From Patescibacteria group bacterium (GTDB lineage: Bacteria; Patescibacteriota; Microgenomatia; 0-14-0-10-38-17): a stretch of DNA of 64,000 bases. The translations under genes were made by a program, and so were the position numbers. The first letter of the stretch is position 1; the number at the start of each line of letters is the position of its first letter. The stretch covers positions 41,586 to 105,585 of the forward strand of contig JBMNNJ010000002.1 in assembly GCA_050953885.1 (NCBI GenBank). Direction: 5' to 3'. Of the stretch, positions 38,194 through 48,398 are shown piece after piece. Below the pieces are notes generated by a model, which searched no databases, had not been told where the DNA came from, and was given only the letters and a program-made list of their open reading frames with translations.

Positions 38194-39876
38194 CTACAGG
38201 CTAATATCTACCAAAAGCACCATCGGCCGCCGACCGGTAGTTTGGTAAAAAAGCTTTTCCAAAGAATCCTGAATAATCACCTTTAAATCTTGCCAGTCAA
38301 GCTTATTATTCTGAATTAAAATATTTTTAATCTCTTCCTTGGCACCGTTAAGAATTTCCCGACTGTCTTTTAGCTGTCCGTAAAGAAAGCCCCGACTCAC
38401 CAAAAGCGGTTCCATTAAAAGCGTTTTTTTAGTTTTATCTAAGGCCAAAATGGCCACCACCAAACCCTCGCGGGACAAAATTTCCCGATCGCGCAAAACC
38501 ACATTACCCACATCGCCCACTCCCAAACCGTCAACCAGCACTTCTCTAATCTCCATTTTGCCGTCAATTCTCGCCTGGCCGTCTTTTAGGCAAATAACAT
38601 CGTTTTCGTTTGGCAGAAGAACGCTTTGGGAGGAGTAACCCATTTTTTGGGCCAAAACCGCATATTGCTTCATTTGCCGGAAATTGCCGCCAATGGGAAG
38701 CAGGAATTTGGGCTTTACCAAATTAATAAGCAGGGCCAAATCGCCTTGGGCGCCATGGCCGGAAACATGCAAATCCTCGGAAATATCCATATAGGAAACC
38801 TCGGCTCCTTGTTTAATCAGATCGTCAATTAAAGCTTGAATCAGCGATTCATTGCCGGGAATATAATCGCTTGAGAAAACCACAAAGTCATTTTTCTCTA
38901 TCTTAAAATGAGGGTGCTGACCGGAAGTAATCCGATCCAGCGCCGAACCCACTTGAGCTTGGGAGCCGGCGACAATTAAGGTAAGGTTTTGGGGCAAAAA
39001 ATTCTTGGCCCGCTCCGGCTTAATTTCGCTTTCGGGAGGAAGATTAATGTAGCCAAACTGGCGGCCGATTTTCACCGCTTCCTTAACCGAGCGGCCCACC
39101 AAAACTATTTTGCGGCCAAATCGCCGCGAGGCATCAATGGCCGTTTTCAGACGGCTGATGTTGGAAGACATGGTGGTCACAATAAACCGCCCTTTGGCTT
39201 TTCTTATCTCCCGCTCAAAAATTTCCACCAAAGTTTGCTCCGAAGGGGTGTAGCCTTCTCTTTCCGCCCGCAAACAATCAGAAAGCATTAAATCCACCCC
39301 CAGGCGAGAAGCTTCCACCATTTTTTCTATCCCAATTTTGGTTTTGTCTACCGGTGTCCAGTCAAATTTAAAATCCGGACCATGATAAACATTGCCAAAA
39401 GGAGTTTTAATAAAAAGATGGCCCGCTTGGGGAATGGAGTGGGTAATGGGCAAAAGAGTAATTTTAAAATCACCCAAAATAATCTCTTTGCCAAAAGGCG
39501 CTTCCTGCAAATTAGCCGCCACCTCGGCCTCTTTCAGCTTTTCCCGCGCCAAGGCAAGCGTTAAAGGAGAACCAAAAACCGGCAAGTTAGGAAAATAGGG
39601 CAGAACATAGGGAAGCGCACCAATATGATCTTCATGGCCATGGGTAAGAAAAATACCTCTTATTTTATTCTTTTTTTTCTTAAGGTAGGTGATATCGGGA
39701 ATAATCAGGTCAATGCCAAACATTGTTTTCTCCGGAAAGCCAATGCCGCAGTCAACCACCAGAATATCCCGCGGGGTTTCGTAAACAAACATGTTCTGGG
39801 TAACCTTCCCAAACCCGCCTAAAGAAAAAATCCGCAGGCCTTCTCCCTTATTAGTATTATTTATAATATTGTTCAT
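38194..39876 (-). CDS. rnj: Ribonuclease J
   Basis: THGHEDHIG, HSIP, DFKFD, HVSGH. Confidence 0.96.
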   Translation of the reverse strand: MNNIINNTNKGEGLRIFSLGGFGKVTQNMFVYETPRDILVVDCGIGFPEKTMFGIDLIIPDITYLKKKKNKIRGIFLTHGHEDHIGALPYVLPYFPNLPVFGSPLTLALAREKLKEAEVAANLQEAPFGKEIILGDFKITLLPITHSIPQAGHLFIKTPFGNVYHGPDFKFDWTPVDKTKIGIEKMVEASRLGVDLMLSDCLRAEREGYTPSEQTLVEIFEREIRKAKGRFIVTTMSSNISRLKTAIDASRRFGRKIVLVGRSVKEAVKIGRQFGYINLPPESEIKPERAKNFLPQNLTLIVAGSQAQVGSALDRITSGQHPHFKIEKNDFVVFSSDYIPGNESLIQALIDDLIKQGAEVSYMDISEDLHVSGHGAQGDLALLINLVKPKFLLPIGGNFRQMKQYAVLAQKMGYSSQSVLLPNENDVICLKDGQARIDGKMEIREVLVDGLGVGDVGNVVLRDREILSREGLVVAILALDKTKKTLLMEPLLVSRGFLYGQLKDSREILNGAKEEIKNILIQNNKLDWQDLKVIIQDSLEKLFYQTTGRRPMVLLVDISL

Positions 39877-39901
39877 AGTTAAAATAAACGAAAATAAATT
39901 T

Positions 39902-39972
39902 GTAGGGGCGATTCATGAATCGCCCGTCAATAATTTACACCAGCATGCGGGCGCATCGTGATGCGCCCCTAC
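39902..39972. repeat. GTAG-family REP doublet (REPIN-like)
   Basis: GTAGgggcgattcatgaatcgccc ... gggcgcatcgtgatgcgcccCTAC. Confidence 0.88.
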
Positions 39973-40012
39973 AATTCGCGTCCATTCGTTTCCCATTCAC
40001 GTTAATTCGTGT

Positions 40013-40660
40013 TTAAACCAACCTTAACTGCTCCTCTTTTCCTTCTTGCTTAACAGTTGCTTGATCCCGGCCAAGGCTTTCTTTTTCTCCGTTCATTTTT
40101 TTCAAAAACTCTCCCAAGCGCCGAAAATCTTCTTCCTCCTCCCTCATTATTTTACCATTACGCAAAGCGGCCGCCGGATGATACATCGGCACCAAAACTA
40201 ACTCCTTGCCGCCAAAATCAATCAATCGCGGCCGACCATGAACTTGAGTAATTGAGGCGTTGGGGAGGAATTTGCCTAAGGAAAACCGTCCCAAGCTCAC
40301 CACCATTTGAGGGTTAATAACCTCAATCTGGTGATCCAAAAAAAACTGGCAGGCTTCAATTTCTTGAGGCTGGGGATCGCGGTTTTGGGGCGGGCGGTGC
40401 TTTAAAATATTGGCAATAAAAACTTTCTCTCTTTTTAAGCCCGCCTGGGCCAAAAGTTTGTCTAATAATTTGCCGGCGGCGCCGCAAAAAGGAATCCCCT
40501 TCTGATCCTCCCAAAATCCCGGCGCTTCGCCAATAAACATCACCTGGGCGTCACTGCTGCCTTCTCCGGGCACGGCTTGGGTGGCTTTCTGCCCTAACGG
40601 ACAGCGCCGACATTTCTTAATCTCCTCGGCAATTTGTAATAAGGCTTCTTGTTTGGTCAT
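40013..40660 (-). CDS. Uracil-DNA glycosylase, family 4
   Basis: CRRCPL, GEAPG, HRPPQNRDP, YHPAAAL. Confidence 0.93.
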   Translation of the reverse strand: MTKQEALLQIAEEIKKCRRCPLGQKATQAVPGEGSSDAQVMFIGEAPGFWEDQKGIPFCGAAGKLLDKLLAQAGLKREKVFIANILKHRPPQNRDPQPQEIEACQFFLDHQIEVINPQMVVSLGRFSLGKFLPNASITQVHGRPRLIDFGGKELVLVPMYHPAAALRNGKIMREEEEDFRRLGEFLKKMNGEKESLGRDQATVKQEGKEEQLRLV

Positions 40661-40723
40661 AAAAAATAAATTACAAGTATATTACTCTCCTCATTTATTA
40701 TTACAATCTGACTCCGCCGATAT

Positions 40724-40910
40724 AAAACGCGAAAATTAAATCAAAGAGTAAAGATCAAAGTGTAAAACCAAGTTCAAAAACCAAAACCAGAAGCTTAACA
40801 TTTTTGAACTTTGATTTAGGTTTTGATCTTTGATATTTGATTTTTGATTTATTTTTATATTATTCGCTCATTCGCGTCTATTCGTTTTCCATTCGTGTCA
40901 ATTCGTGTCG
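40724..40910. repeat. Heptamer element (second subfamily) plus ATTCG arm
   Basis: Inverted relative to 12114-12210; right part complements 32058-32148. Confidence 0.85.
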
Positions 40911-40918
40911 GCAGTTTT

Positions 40919-41971
40919 TCACCACATCGGCAAATATTCCTTCACATTCTCGGTGGTGATCTCAAATCTTTCCCCCTCGCCGCTGACCACTTTCTTGGCA
41001 ATCTGGCGGCAAATGCCCTCAAGATTGCGTTTTAGCGTCCGCACCCCGGCGTCATAGCCCAAGGGGCGAACAATTTTTGGCCAAACATCAGGGGTAAAAA
41101 CCACCTGTTGAGGTTCCAAACCCGCCTCGGCAATTGCCTCCGGCAGAAGATAATTTTTACCAATAATAATTTTTTCCTCGTCAGAATAAGAGGGCATCGA
41201 GATAATCTCTAAACGATCTAGCACTGCTTGGGAAATATTGGTGGTATTGTTGCAGGTGGTAATAAAAAACGCCTCGGACAAATCAAAAGGATAATCAATA
41301 AAATAATCGGTAAAGGCGTTGTTTTGCTCCGGGTCTAAAAGCTCCACCAACACCCCCATAATGGAACTACGCGCCTCCTCGGCAATCCGGTCAATTTCAT
41401 CTAAAAGAATAATCGGGTTAGCCGCTTTTGCCTGCCGTAAACCCTTAATAATTTGCCCGGGCTGGGCTTGAGGAAAAACCCGCGACCGACCGCGCAAATA
41501 AAAGGGCTCTTCAATGCCGCCGAAAGGAATTCTCACCATTTTTCTTCCTAAGGCTTCGGCAATCGCCGTTGCCAACGTTGTTTTCCCCGTTCCCACCAAG
41601 CCCACCAAACAAAGAATCGGCGCTCGCGGCTTTTCTCCCTTATCCTTCTTTAGCTTCATCACCGCCAAATATTCCAAAACCCGTTCCTTAATTTCTTCCA
41701 AGCCATAATGATACTTATCCAAAACTCTTCGCGCCTCGCCAAGATCCAAATTATCCTCGGTTTTTTCCCGCCACGGTAAATTCACAATCCACTCCACATA
41801 ATGGCTAATCGCCTCATATTCTTGGGAAAACTGGCCAAATTGGAGGGAAAGGCGCAACCTTTCTATTGCCAAAAGCGTTCTTGAAGAAAGATCGGCCGGT
41901 AAGGGAGCTTCCTTAACCTGTTTGGCTAACTTTTCAATTTCCTGGTCAACTTTGGGCTCGGCAGTTTTCAT
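40919..41971 (-). CDS. Lon-like AAA+ ATPase lacking the N-terminal and protease domains
   Basis: HYGLEEIKERVLEYLAV, GLVGTGKT, LLDEID, ELLDPEQN; ends after the AAA lid. Confidence 0.88.
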   Translation of the reverse strand: MKTAEPKVDQEIEKLAKQVKEAPLPADLSSRTLLAIERLRLSLQFGQFSQEYEAISHYVEWIVNLPWREKTEDNLDLGEARRVLDKYHYGLEEIKERVLEYLAVMKLKKDKGEKPRAPILCLVGLVGTGKTTLATAIAEALGRKMVRIPFGGIEEPFYLRGRSRVFPQAQPGQIIKGLRQAKAANPIILLDEIDRIAEEARSSIMGVLVELLDPEQNNAFTDYFIDYPFDLSEAFFITTCNNTTNISQAVLDRLEIISMPSYSDEEKIIIGKNYLLPEAIAEAGLEPQQVVFTPDVWPKIVRPLGYDAGVRTLKRNLEGICRQIAKKVVSGEGERFEITTENVKEYLPMW

Positions 41972-42002
41972 TCCTTTTCTATCTTAGCACAACGTCCTTT
42001 TT

Positions 42003-44174
42003 TTATCTCCTCACCCGGCGCGAAGCATCTCCCCGACTGGAGCGCTCATAGCGCCCTCGCGGGGAAGAAAAATGACTTAAGCGGGGACGTTCTTGATGCT
42101 CTTGAGGCTGGTTTGATCCATCTAAAATCATCGTTAAATTAATTCTTCCCTGATCATCAATTTCCCGCACCTTCACTTGTACCTTCTGGCCTTCATGAAC
42201 CACCTCGGCCGGATCTTTCACAAAATGAGTCGCCATTTGGGAAACATGAACTAAGCCCTCTTTTTGAGGCAGAATTTCCACAAACGCCCCAAAAGGCCGA
42301 ATCCGTTTTACCACTCCTTCAAAAATTTCCCCCGCTTTCACTTCCCGGGTTAGGTTTTTAACCCAGTTAACGGCGCGGTTAACTTCTTCCCCATTTGTGC
42401 CGGAAATGCTTACCTCGCCATTATCCTCCACATTAACCTCGCAACCCGTTTCTTCAATAATCTGGCGAATAATTTTCCCTCCCGGCCCGATTAAACCGCC
42501 AATTTTTTCCGGATCAATTTTCACCAAGGCCACCTTAGGCGCGTACTGGGAAACTTTTTCTCGCGCTTGCGGCAAAACGGCCAGCATTTTTGCCAAAATT
42601 TCCTCGCGGGCTTTCTTCGCTCTTGCCAAAACCTCATCAATGGCCGCTAAAACCAGCCCTTCATTTTTAACATCCATTTGAATGGCCGTCACCCCATTTT
42701 TCGTGCCCGTTACCTTAAAGTCCATCTCGCCGTTAAAATCCTCAATGCCGGCAATATCGGTTAAAATCGTCCATTTTTCTTGCTTACTGGCCATCCCCAA
42801 AGCAATTCCCGCCACCGGCTCCTTAATAGGCACCCCGGCATCCATCAGGGCCAAAGTTGAACCGCAAGTTGAAGCCATCGAAGTAGAGCCGTCAGATGAA
42901 AGCACCTCGGAAACCACCCGAATGGCATAAGGAAAAACATCCTTACCCGGCAAAACCGGTTCCAGGGCCTTTTCCGCCAATGCCCCGTGGCCAATTTCCC
43001 GCCTTTTGGGACCGGAGATAAAAGCGATTTCTCCCGAAGCAAAAGGAAGCATTGAATAATGATGCATATAACGTTTTGTTTCCTCGCCCTCCGGGCTTTC
43101 AATCCATTGTTCTAAGGAAAGGGGGCCTAAAGTCGCGATGGATAATACTTGCGTTTTCCCGCGGGTAAAAATAGCGCTGCCGTGAGTCCGTGGCAAAACT
43201 CCCACCTCTGCCGTAATGGGACGAATCTCATCAATTTTTCTTCCGTCCGGCCGCTCGCCTTCCAAAAGCTTTCCTCTTAACCATTTCTTAACCGCTTTCT
43301 CAAAAGCCAAACGGACCTTAATTTTGTCTTCCTCGGCAAAAGATGCCAAAACCGCTTCTTTAAGCGGGCTTAAGGCAAATTCCTCGCCCTTTCTTGCTTT
43401 CTCCCAAGCTTCTTCCAAATCTTTCTTAATTTTTTGGCTAATCTCTTTCTCAAGTTCAGGCGAAGCGTAAGAAACATAGGCCATTTTTTCCTTCCCTATC
43501 TCTTGACGCATTTTTTCGATAAAGTCAAGCAACCGTTGGGCCTCCTTAAAACCAAATTCAATTCCCGCCACCACTTTCTTTTCCTCTACCTGATTGCCTT
43601 TAGCCTCAATCATCACCACTTTTTCCCGGGTACAAGAAATTACCAAGTTAAGATCGGAAAATTCTTCGTCACCAGCCACCGGATTAATAAAATAAGTGTC
43701 CTCTTTCATCCCCACTTCCACTGTGGTTATGGGCCCCAAGAAGGGAATGTTGGAAAAAGAAAGCGCCGCCGCCGAGGCCAACGAGGCTAAAACCACCGGA
43801 TCATTCTCGCCGTCAACCGAAAGAACCGTCACCGTCACCTGAACTTCATTTAAAAACCCTTCGGGGAAAAGAGGGCGCAGAGAGCGATCAATCAACCGCC
43901 CCGCTAAAATTGCCTCATCAGTGGGCCGGCCTTCCCGCTTCACCCACCGGCTACCCTTAATCCGGCCGCCGGCATAAAGACGCTCCATATATTCAACATC
44001 AAGAGGAAAATAATCAAGATTGGTTGGATGAGGAGAGGCCACCACCGTGGCCAAAACCGCCGTCTGGCCATAAGTGGCCCACACCGCCGCGTTTGCCTGA
44101 CCAGCGAAATCACCTACTTCCAGTTTAAGCGTTCGCCCGCCGATTTCGATTTCCCGACTAATTTTTTTGGTCAT
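42003..44174 (-). CDS. pnp: Polyribonucleotide nucleotidyltransferase
   Basis: RLIDRSLRPLF, RREIGHGALAE, SDGSTSMAS, KH and S1 domains. Confidence 0.98.
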   Translation of the reverse strand: MTKKISREIEIGGRTLKLEVGDFAGQANAAVWATYGQTAVLATVVASPHPTNLDYFPLDVEYMERLYAGGRIKGSRWVKREGRPTDEAILAGRLIDRSLRPLFPEGFLNEVQVTVTVLSVDGENDPVVLASLASAAALSFSNIPFLGPITTVEVGMKEDTYFINPVAGDEEFSDLNLVISCTREKVVMIEAKGNQVEEKKVVAGIEFGFKEAQRLLDFIEKMRQEIGKEKMAYVSYASPELEKEISQKIKKDLEEAWEKARKGEEFALSPLKEAVLASFAEEDKIKVRLAFEKAVKKWLRGKLLEGERPDGRKIDEIRPITAEVGVLPRTHGSAIFTRGKTQVLSIATLGPLSLEQWIESPEGEETKRYMHHYSMLPFASGEIAFISGPKRREIGHGALAEKALEPVLPGKDVFPYAIRVVSEVLSSDGSTSMASTCGSTLALMDAGVPIKEPVAGIALGMASKQEKWTILTDIAGIEDFNGEMDFKVTGTKNGVTAIQMDVKNEGLVLAAIDEVLARAKKAREEILAKMLAVLPQAREKVSQYAPKVALVKIDPEKIGGLIGPGGKIIRQIIEETGCEVNVEDNGEVSISGTNGEEVNRAVNWVKNLTREVKAGEIFEGVVKRIRPFGAFVEILPQKEGLVHVSQMATHFVKDPAEVVHEGQKVQVKVREIDDQGRINLTMILDGSNQPQEHQERPRLSHFSSPRGRYERSSRGDASRRVRR

Positions 44175-44446
44175 TCTTTACTTTTTAAAGATAATTTACT
44201 TGTTAAAGCCTGATAGCGCTCTTTATCATTTTGCGCCAAATAATTAAGCAAGCGTCTTCTTTTGGAAACCAAAGAGAGAAGCCCTCGCCGCGAGTGAACA
44301 TCCTTAGGGTTTTCCCCCAAGTGAGCCGCCAGCTTATCAATTTGGGCGGAAAGCAAGGCCACCTGAACCTCCGGAGAACCGGTGTCTTCCTTGTCGTGAG
44401 AAAACTCTTTGATAATTTTTTCCTTTTCTTCTTTGGTTAGGGCCAT
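44171..44446 (-). CDS. rpsO: 30S ribosomal protein S15
   Basis: DTGSPEVQVALL, DVHSRRGLL. Confidence 0.98.
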   Translation of the reverse strand: MALTKEEKEKIIKEFSHDKEDTGSPEVQVALLSAQIDKLAAHLGENPKDVHSRRGLLSLVSKRRRLLNYLAQNDKERYQALTSKLSLKSKE

Positions 44447-44560
44447 TCTGCGCGGTTAAAAAATGAAGCCTTCTTTTCTTTTAAGAAGCCCAATTTTTAC
44501 TCCTTATTTTTTAAGCTTTTCTAAGTTTAACCTAAAATTCCCCAAAAAACAAGAGGGAAA

Positions 44561-45784
44561 TGTGCGGTGTCCAGGACATGCTATACACTTCATGAGGTTT
44601 GGGTATGAGGAATATGTAAGAAGAGTGTTAAAATTGGTGGGTGTTAATTTTGAGAGTGTAGTAAAGGGGGTGAAAAAGCATGAGTCCTGGAATCCATGGA
44701 ATCCGGATAGACTACAAGGAATTAAGAAAGATTAATCCAGAAGCAGCCAGACAAACAGTGATTGAGTATCTAAAGACTAATGGCCACAACATTGCTGATA
44801 CCGCCAGGGTTTTTAGGGTCAACAGGACAGTGGTTTATGACATCTTGGCAAAAAGCAAAGAGGGCAATCTTAAAGACAGACCCAAGATACCAAAACACCA
44901 GCCCAACAAGACACCAGCCAAGACAGAAGGTAAAGTCATTAAGGCCAAGAACAAAACCCACCTGGGGCCAAAAAGATTATCACGCTACCTTGAGAAACAT
45001 GAAGGGATTCTTGTTCCTCCAGGAACAATCAGGCACATTCTAAGGAGGAATAAAGACAGGCTTACTTACAAACTAAAATCAAACAAGAGAAGAAAACAAC
45101 CAAGGGAGTTTGTTGACTGGTATTCAGCTAAACCTTTTGAGATTGTCCAAATGGATATCAAATTCATTAGGGATCAGAAAGCCCTGACTAAAAAGCAAAT
45201 TATTCATCTTAACCAATATGATATTCCCAACTATCAATGGGGAGCCCTGGATGTTAACTCTAGGTTTAAACTAATTGCTTATTCCAAGGAAAAATCTTGG
45301 ACTAATGGTTTGTGTTTTTACCTTTGGACTATTTCCTGGTTAAGGTCTCATGGGGTTAAATCAGAGATTGCCTTTACTGTTGATAATGGTGAGGAATTTG
45401 GGGGTAGATCCTGGTTGAAGGTCAAAGAGTTAAGAAAACTGATCAGGGGTTTTGGCTGTAGATTAATCCAGAACCACAAAGGTCATCCTGAGGAGAATGC
45501 TCATTTGGAAAGAAGCCATAGAACCGATGACGAAGAGTTCTACATTCCCAGGGTCCTACAGATTAAGAGCAAAAAAGATCTCTTGAATGAGGCCCTGGGT
45601 TACATTTATTACTACAACAATGTCCGGGAACACTCATCCTTAGACTATCAAATACCCTACCAATATCTGAAAATGCAATTACCAGAGATTGATGATAACA
45701 TACGTTATGTACAACCGATTATCCTTGATGATGTCTCGGTAAAACTAGGCCCTTGGAGTGGATACAATGTCTTGGCACATCACC
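44561..45784 (+). mobile_element. Insertion sequence (IS481-like DDE integrase-core type); ends approximate
   Basis: Imperfect terminal IRs gtgtccaggacat / atgtcttggcac; codon style differs from the host genes. Confidence 0.75.
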
Positions 45785-45855
45785 GAAAAAAGAAAGCAAA
45801 AGAAATTCTCAACCCTCGCTTACGCCTGAACCACGATAAATTTTGGGAGGATTAA
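44680..45855 (+). CDS. DDE transposase (HTH plus integrase core)
   Basis: VQMDIK, VDNGEEF, NAHLERSHRTDDEEF, YYNNVREHSSL. Confidence 0.9.
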   Translation: MSPGIHGIRIDYKELRKINPEAARQTVIEYLKTNGHNIADTARVFRVNRTVVYDILAKSKEGNLKDRPKIPKHQPNKTPAKTEGKVIKAKNKTHLGPKRLSRYLEKHEGILVPPGTIRHILRRNKDRLTYKLKSNKRRKQPREFVDWYSAKPFEIVQMDIKFIRDQKALTKKQIIHLNQYDIPNYQWGALDVNSRFKLIAYSKEKSWTNGLCFYLWTISWLRSHGVKSEIAFTVDNGEEFGGRSWLKVKELRKLIRGFGCRLIQNHKGHPEENAHLERSHRTDDEEFYIPRVLQIKSKKDLLNEALGYIYYYNNVREHSSLDYQIPYQYLKMQLPEIDDNIRYVQPIILDDVSVKLGPWSGYNVLAHHRKKKAKEILNPRLRLNHDKFWED

Positions 45856-46624
45856 AGTTTGTGGCCGTTGGGGCCTGAGAAAAAGAAGGGAAACGGCCTC
45901 CCCGGCGCAGACAAAAAGCGGCCGCCTCAAAAGCATCGGGAGAAGTTTTGGGATCAGAAAAAGAATCCGTGGCCACCTTAAGCCCCAAAAGTAAATTGCT
46001 CGCCTCCTCCTCGCCCAAAGGCAAGGAAAGTCCTTCAGCCAAGGCGGCCACGATTTCCGCATAAGAGGAAGCGCCGCCGTCAACCACCTTCAGCTGGCCA
46101 AAAGTGGCCATTTCGTTAAGATTAATATTTAAAATTTCTAATTTATTAAGATCGGGCGGGGTAGGTAACAATTGCCGTAGAACTTTTTCCAACTCATTAA
46201 GATTATCAAAACCAAAGGCAATTAAGTTTTGAAGCTCGCCGCCGCGATTGGCAAAAGAAACCATTTGGGGGGTAATTGTCGGGGCGCCTGCTTTTGGCTG
46301 AATTAAGAGGCTTACTTTTCTCTCCCGATCGTCCCAGGAAATTTTTTCAATATAATCTAAAGAATAGTCGATATTGACCACAAAAATTTTACCCTTAATT
46401 TCCTCGCTCACTTTATCTATCCCATAAATTTGGCTAAACTCTACCTTAAGAGGCTCGGGGCTGATAACCGGTGCCGCCTTGCCGGCTTTTGTTAATGCCG
46501 CGGAAAGAGCGCAAGCGGCCGCCACCTGATCAAGCTTCGGTTGCGACGGCAAAAAAATCGGCGTTTCTTCCGCCCGCGCTAACCAAACGTTAACTTCGGC
46601 AAAAGGATAATTTCTCTTATTCAT
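45809..46624 (-). CDS. Degenerate DHH/NrnA-like protein
   Basis: ASSYAEIV, ASNLLLGLKVATDSF; located after infB; the DHH motif itself is absent. Confidence 0.6.
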   Translation of the reverse strand: MNKRNYPFAEVNVWLARAEETPIFLPSQPKLDQVAAACALSAALTKAGKAAPVISPEPLKVEFSQIYGIDKVSEEIKGKIFVVNIDYSLDYIEKISWDDRERKVSLLIQPKAGAPTITPQMVSFANRGGELQNLIAFGFDNLNELEKVLRQLLPTPPDLNKLEILNINLNEMATFGQLKVVDGGASSYAEIVAALAEGLSLPLGEEEASNLLLGLKVATDSFSDPKTSPDAFEAAAFCLRRGGRFPSFSQAPTATNFNPPKIYRGSGVSEG

Positions 46625-46629
46625 AAAGC

Positions 46630-48075
46630 CTATATATTTTTCTTGTATCTTATCACATCACCAACAGCAAAATCAAGACGGGGAGAAAAGACAGCGCCAA
46701 ACTCTTCTTTTGCCTTGGCTTTTTCAATGTCTTTTTTTCCTTCGCGAAGCGAGATAATTTTTGCTTCCCCCACCTTTTCCTTGCCTCGCCAAAGCTCAAC
46801 TTCTCCCCCTTTAACAATTTCTCCCCGCAAAACCTTGCCGCCCGCCACCATTTCTCCTTCCACATTGAATTTGGCCAAAATGCTTACCTCTCCCAAAATA
46901 TTTGCCTCCTCTTTTTGGGAAGAAAATCTTTTTATCTCTTCCTCTAAAGCCTCACTTAATTCGTAAATTAAATTAAAACGCTGAATCTTTACCCTCTCTA
47001 CCTCGGCTATCTCCTCGACCCCTTTCCCGCAAGAAACATTGAAGCCAAAAATTTTACCGCCAAAAGAAGACGCTAAAACCACATCCGACTCATTAATCTC
47101 TCCCACCCCCGAGTCTAAAATTGCTAATTTAGAAACGATCGGCAAGTTTAAAATTGCTTCCAAAACCCCTAAGGTGTCGGCCTTAAAAATTACCGCCAAT
47201 TTTCCCTCCGTTTCTTCAACCACTAATCTATCTTTTTGAAGACTCAATTTTTCTTCTAATTCCGCCACCTTCTTATTACTTAAAACCTTCTCTCCCACCG
47301 GCACCACGGCGGAAAAACCCAAAACTAAAACTGGCTGGCTTACTTGCGCCTTTACAATTGAACCCCCCCGATCATCAAAAATCGCCTTTACCTTTGCTTT
47401 TTGATTACCCGCCCACACTTCATCGTCTTTCTTTAGTTCTCCTTCTTGAACTAATAAACTCACCTCCGCTCCCCGCTGCGGATTAACCCCGCTTTCAATC
47501 ACCACCCCCGAAAAGGGAGCGTTAACAGGCGCCTTAAGATCATTCATCTTTGTTAAAAGCAAAATCATTTCCAAAAGGTCTTCTATCCCCGCGCCGGTTT
47601 TGGCCGAAACCGGCACCATTACCACCTCGCCCCCCCGCTCTTCAACCAAAACCCCTAAGGCCGTTAGCTGATTTTTCACTTTTTCCGGATCAGCCCCGGC
47701 AAGATCCATTTTATTTAAAGCAATTAAAAAGGGAACATTGGCTTCCTGAATATGCCGCAACGACTCTTCGGTTTGGGGCATCACCCCTTCGTTGGCGGCA
47801 ATCACCAACACCGCCAAATCGGTAACTTGGGCCCCACGAGATCGCATGTTAGCAAAGACTTCATGACCGGGAGTATCAATAAAAGTAATCTTTTCGCCCT
47901 GATATTCAATTTGATAAGCGCCAATTTTTTGGGTAATACCGCCAATTTCTTTTTGACTAATATTAGTTTGGCGAATTTTATCCAAAAGTGAAGTTTTCCC
48001 GTGATCAATATGACCTAAAAAGGCGACTACCGGCGGGCGAGGAGAAAACTGCGGGGAATAATTTTTGTCGACCAT
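46630..48075 (-). CDS. infB: Translation initiation factor IF-2 (short, no N-terminal extension)
   Basis: RPPVVAFLGHIDHGKTSLLD, DTPGHEVF, NKMD. Confidence 0.97.
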   Translation of the reverse strand: MVDKNYSPQFSPRPPVVAFLGHIDHGKTSLLDKIRQTNISQKEIGGITQKIGAYQIEYQGEKITFIDTPGHEVFANMRSRGAQVTDLAVLVIAANEGVMPQTEESLRHIQEANVPFLIALNKMDLAGADPEKVKNQLTALGVLVEERGGEVVMVPVSAKTGAGIEDLLEMILLLTKMNDLKAPVNAPFSGVVIESGVNPQRGAEVSLLVQEGELKKDDEVWAGNQKAKVKAIFDDRGGSIVKAQVSQPVLVLGFSAVVPVGEKVLSNKKVAELEEKLSLQKDRLVVEETEGKLAVIFKADTLGVLEAILNLPIVSKLAILDSGVGEINESDVVLASSFGGKIFGFNVSCGKGVEEIAEVERVKIQRFNLIYELSEALEEEIKRFSSQKEEANILGEVSILAKFNVEGEMVAGGKVLRGEIVKGGEVELWRGKEKVGEAKIISLREGKKDIEKAKAKEEFGAVFSPRLDFAVGDVIRYKKNI

Positions 48076-48154
48076 ATATAAAAAGTATTAAAAAATATCC
48101 CGCCATAGGCAAAAAAAATTTTTCTGGCTATTTTGTTAAATCGCAGAATTCTTT

Positions 48155-48390
48155 AAAAAATTCAAAATTCAAAATTTAAAAGTCAAAGATAACGAATAAA
48201 CTCAAATCTCAAATCGCAAAACTCAAAACTACAACTCAAAACTCAAATCTAAAAAACAACTTTAAGCTTTAAAAAGTTTTAACATTTACCATGTAGTTTT
48301 GCCATTTGCCATTTGCGTTTTGAGTTTATTTTTCGTGTTTATTCGTTTCCTATTCGTGTTAATTCGTGTATCTTAACAATTTAACAGCTT
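48155..48390. repeat. Heptamer MITE-like copy plus ATTCG and octamer arms
   Basis: Direct copy of 38034-38172; right part complements 27798-27885 and 33047-33139. Confidence 0.88.
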
Positions 48391-48398
48391 ATCCCTTT

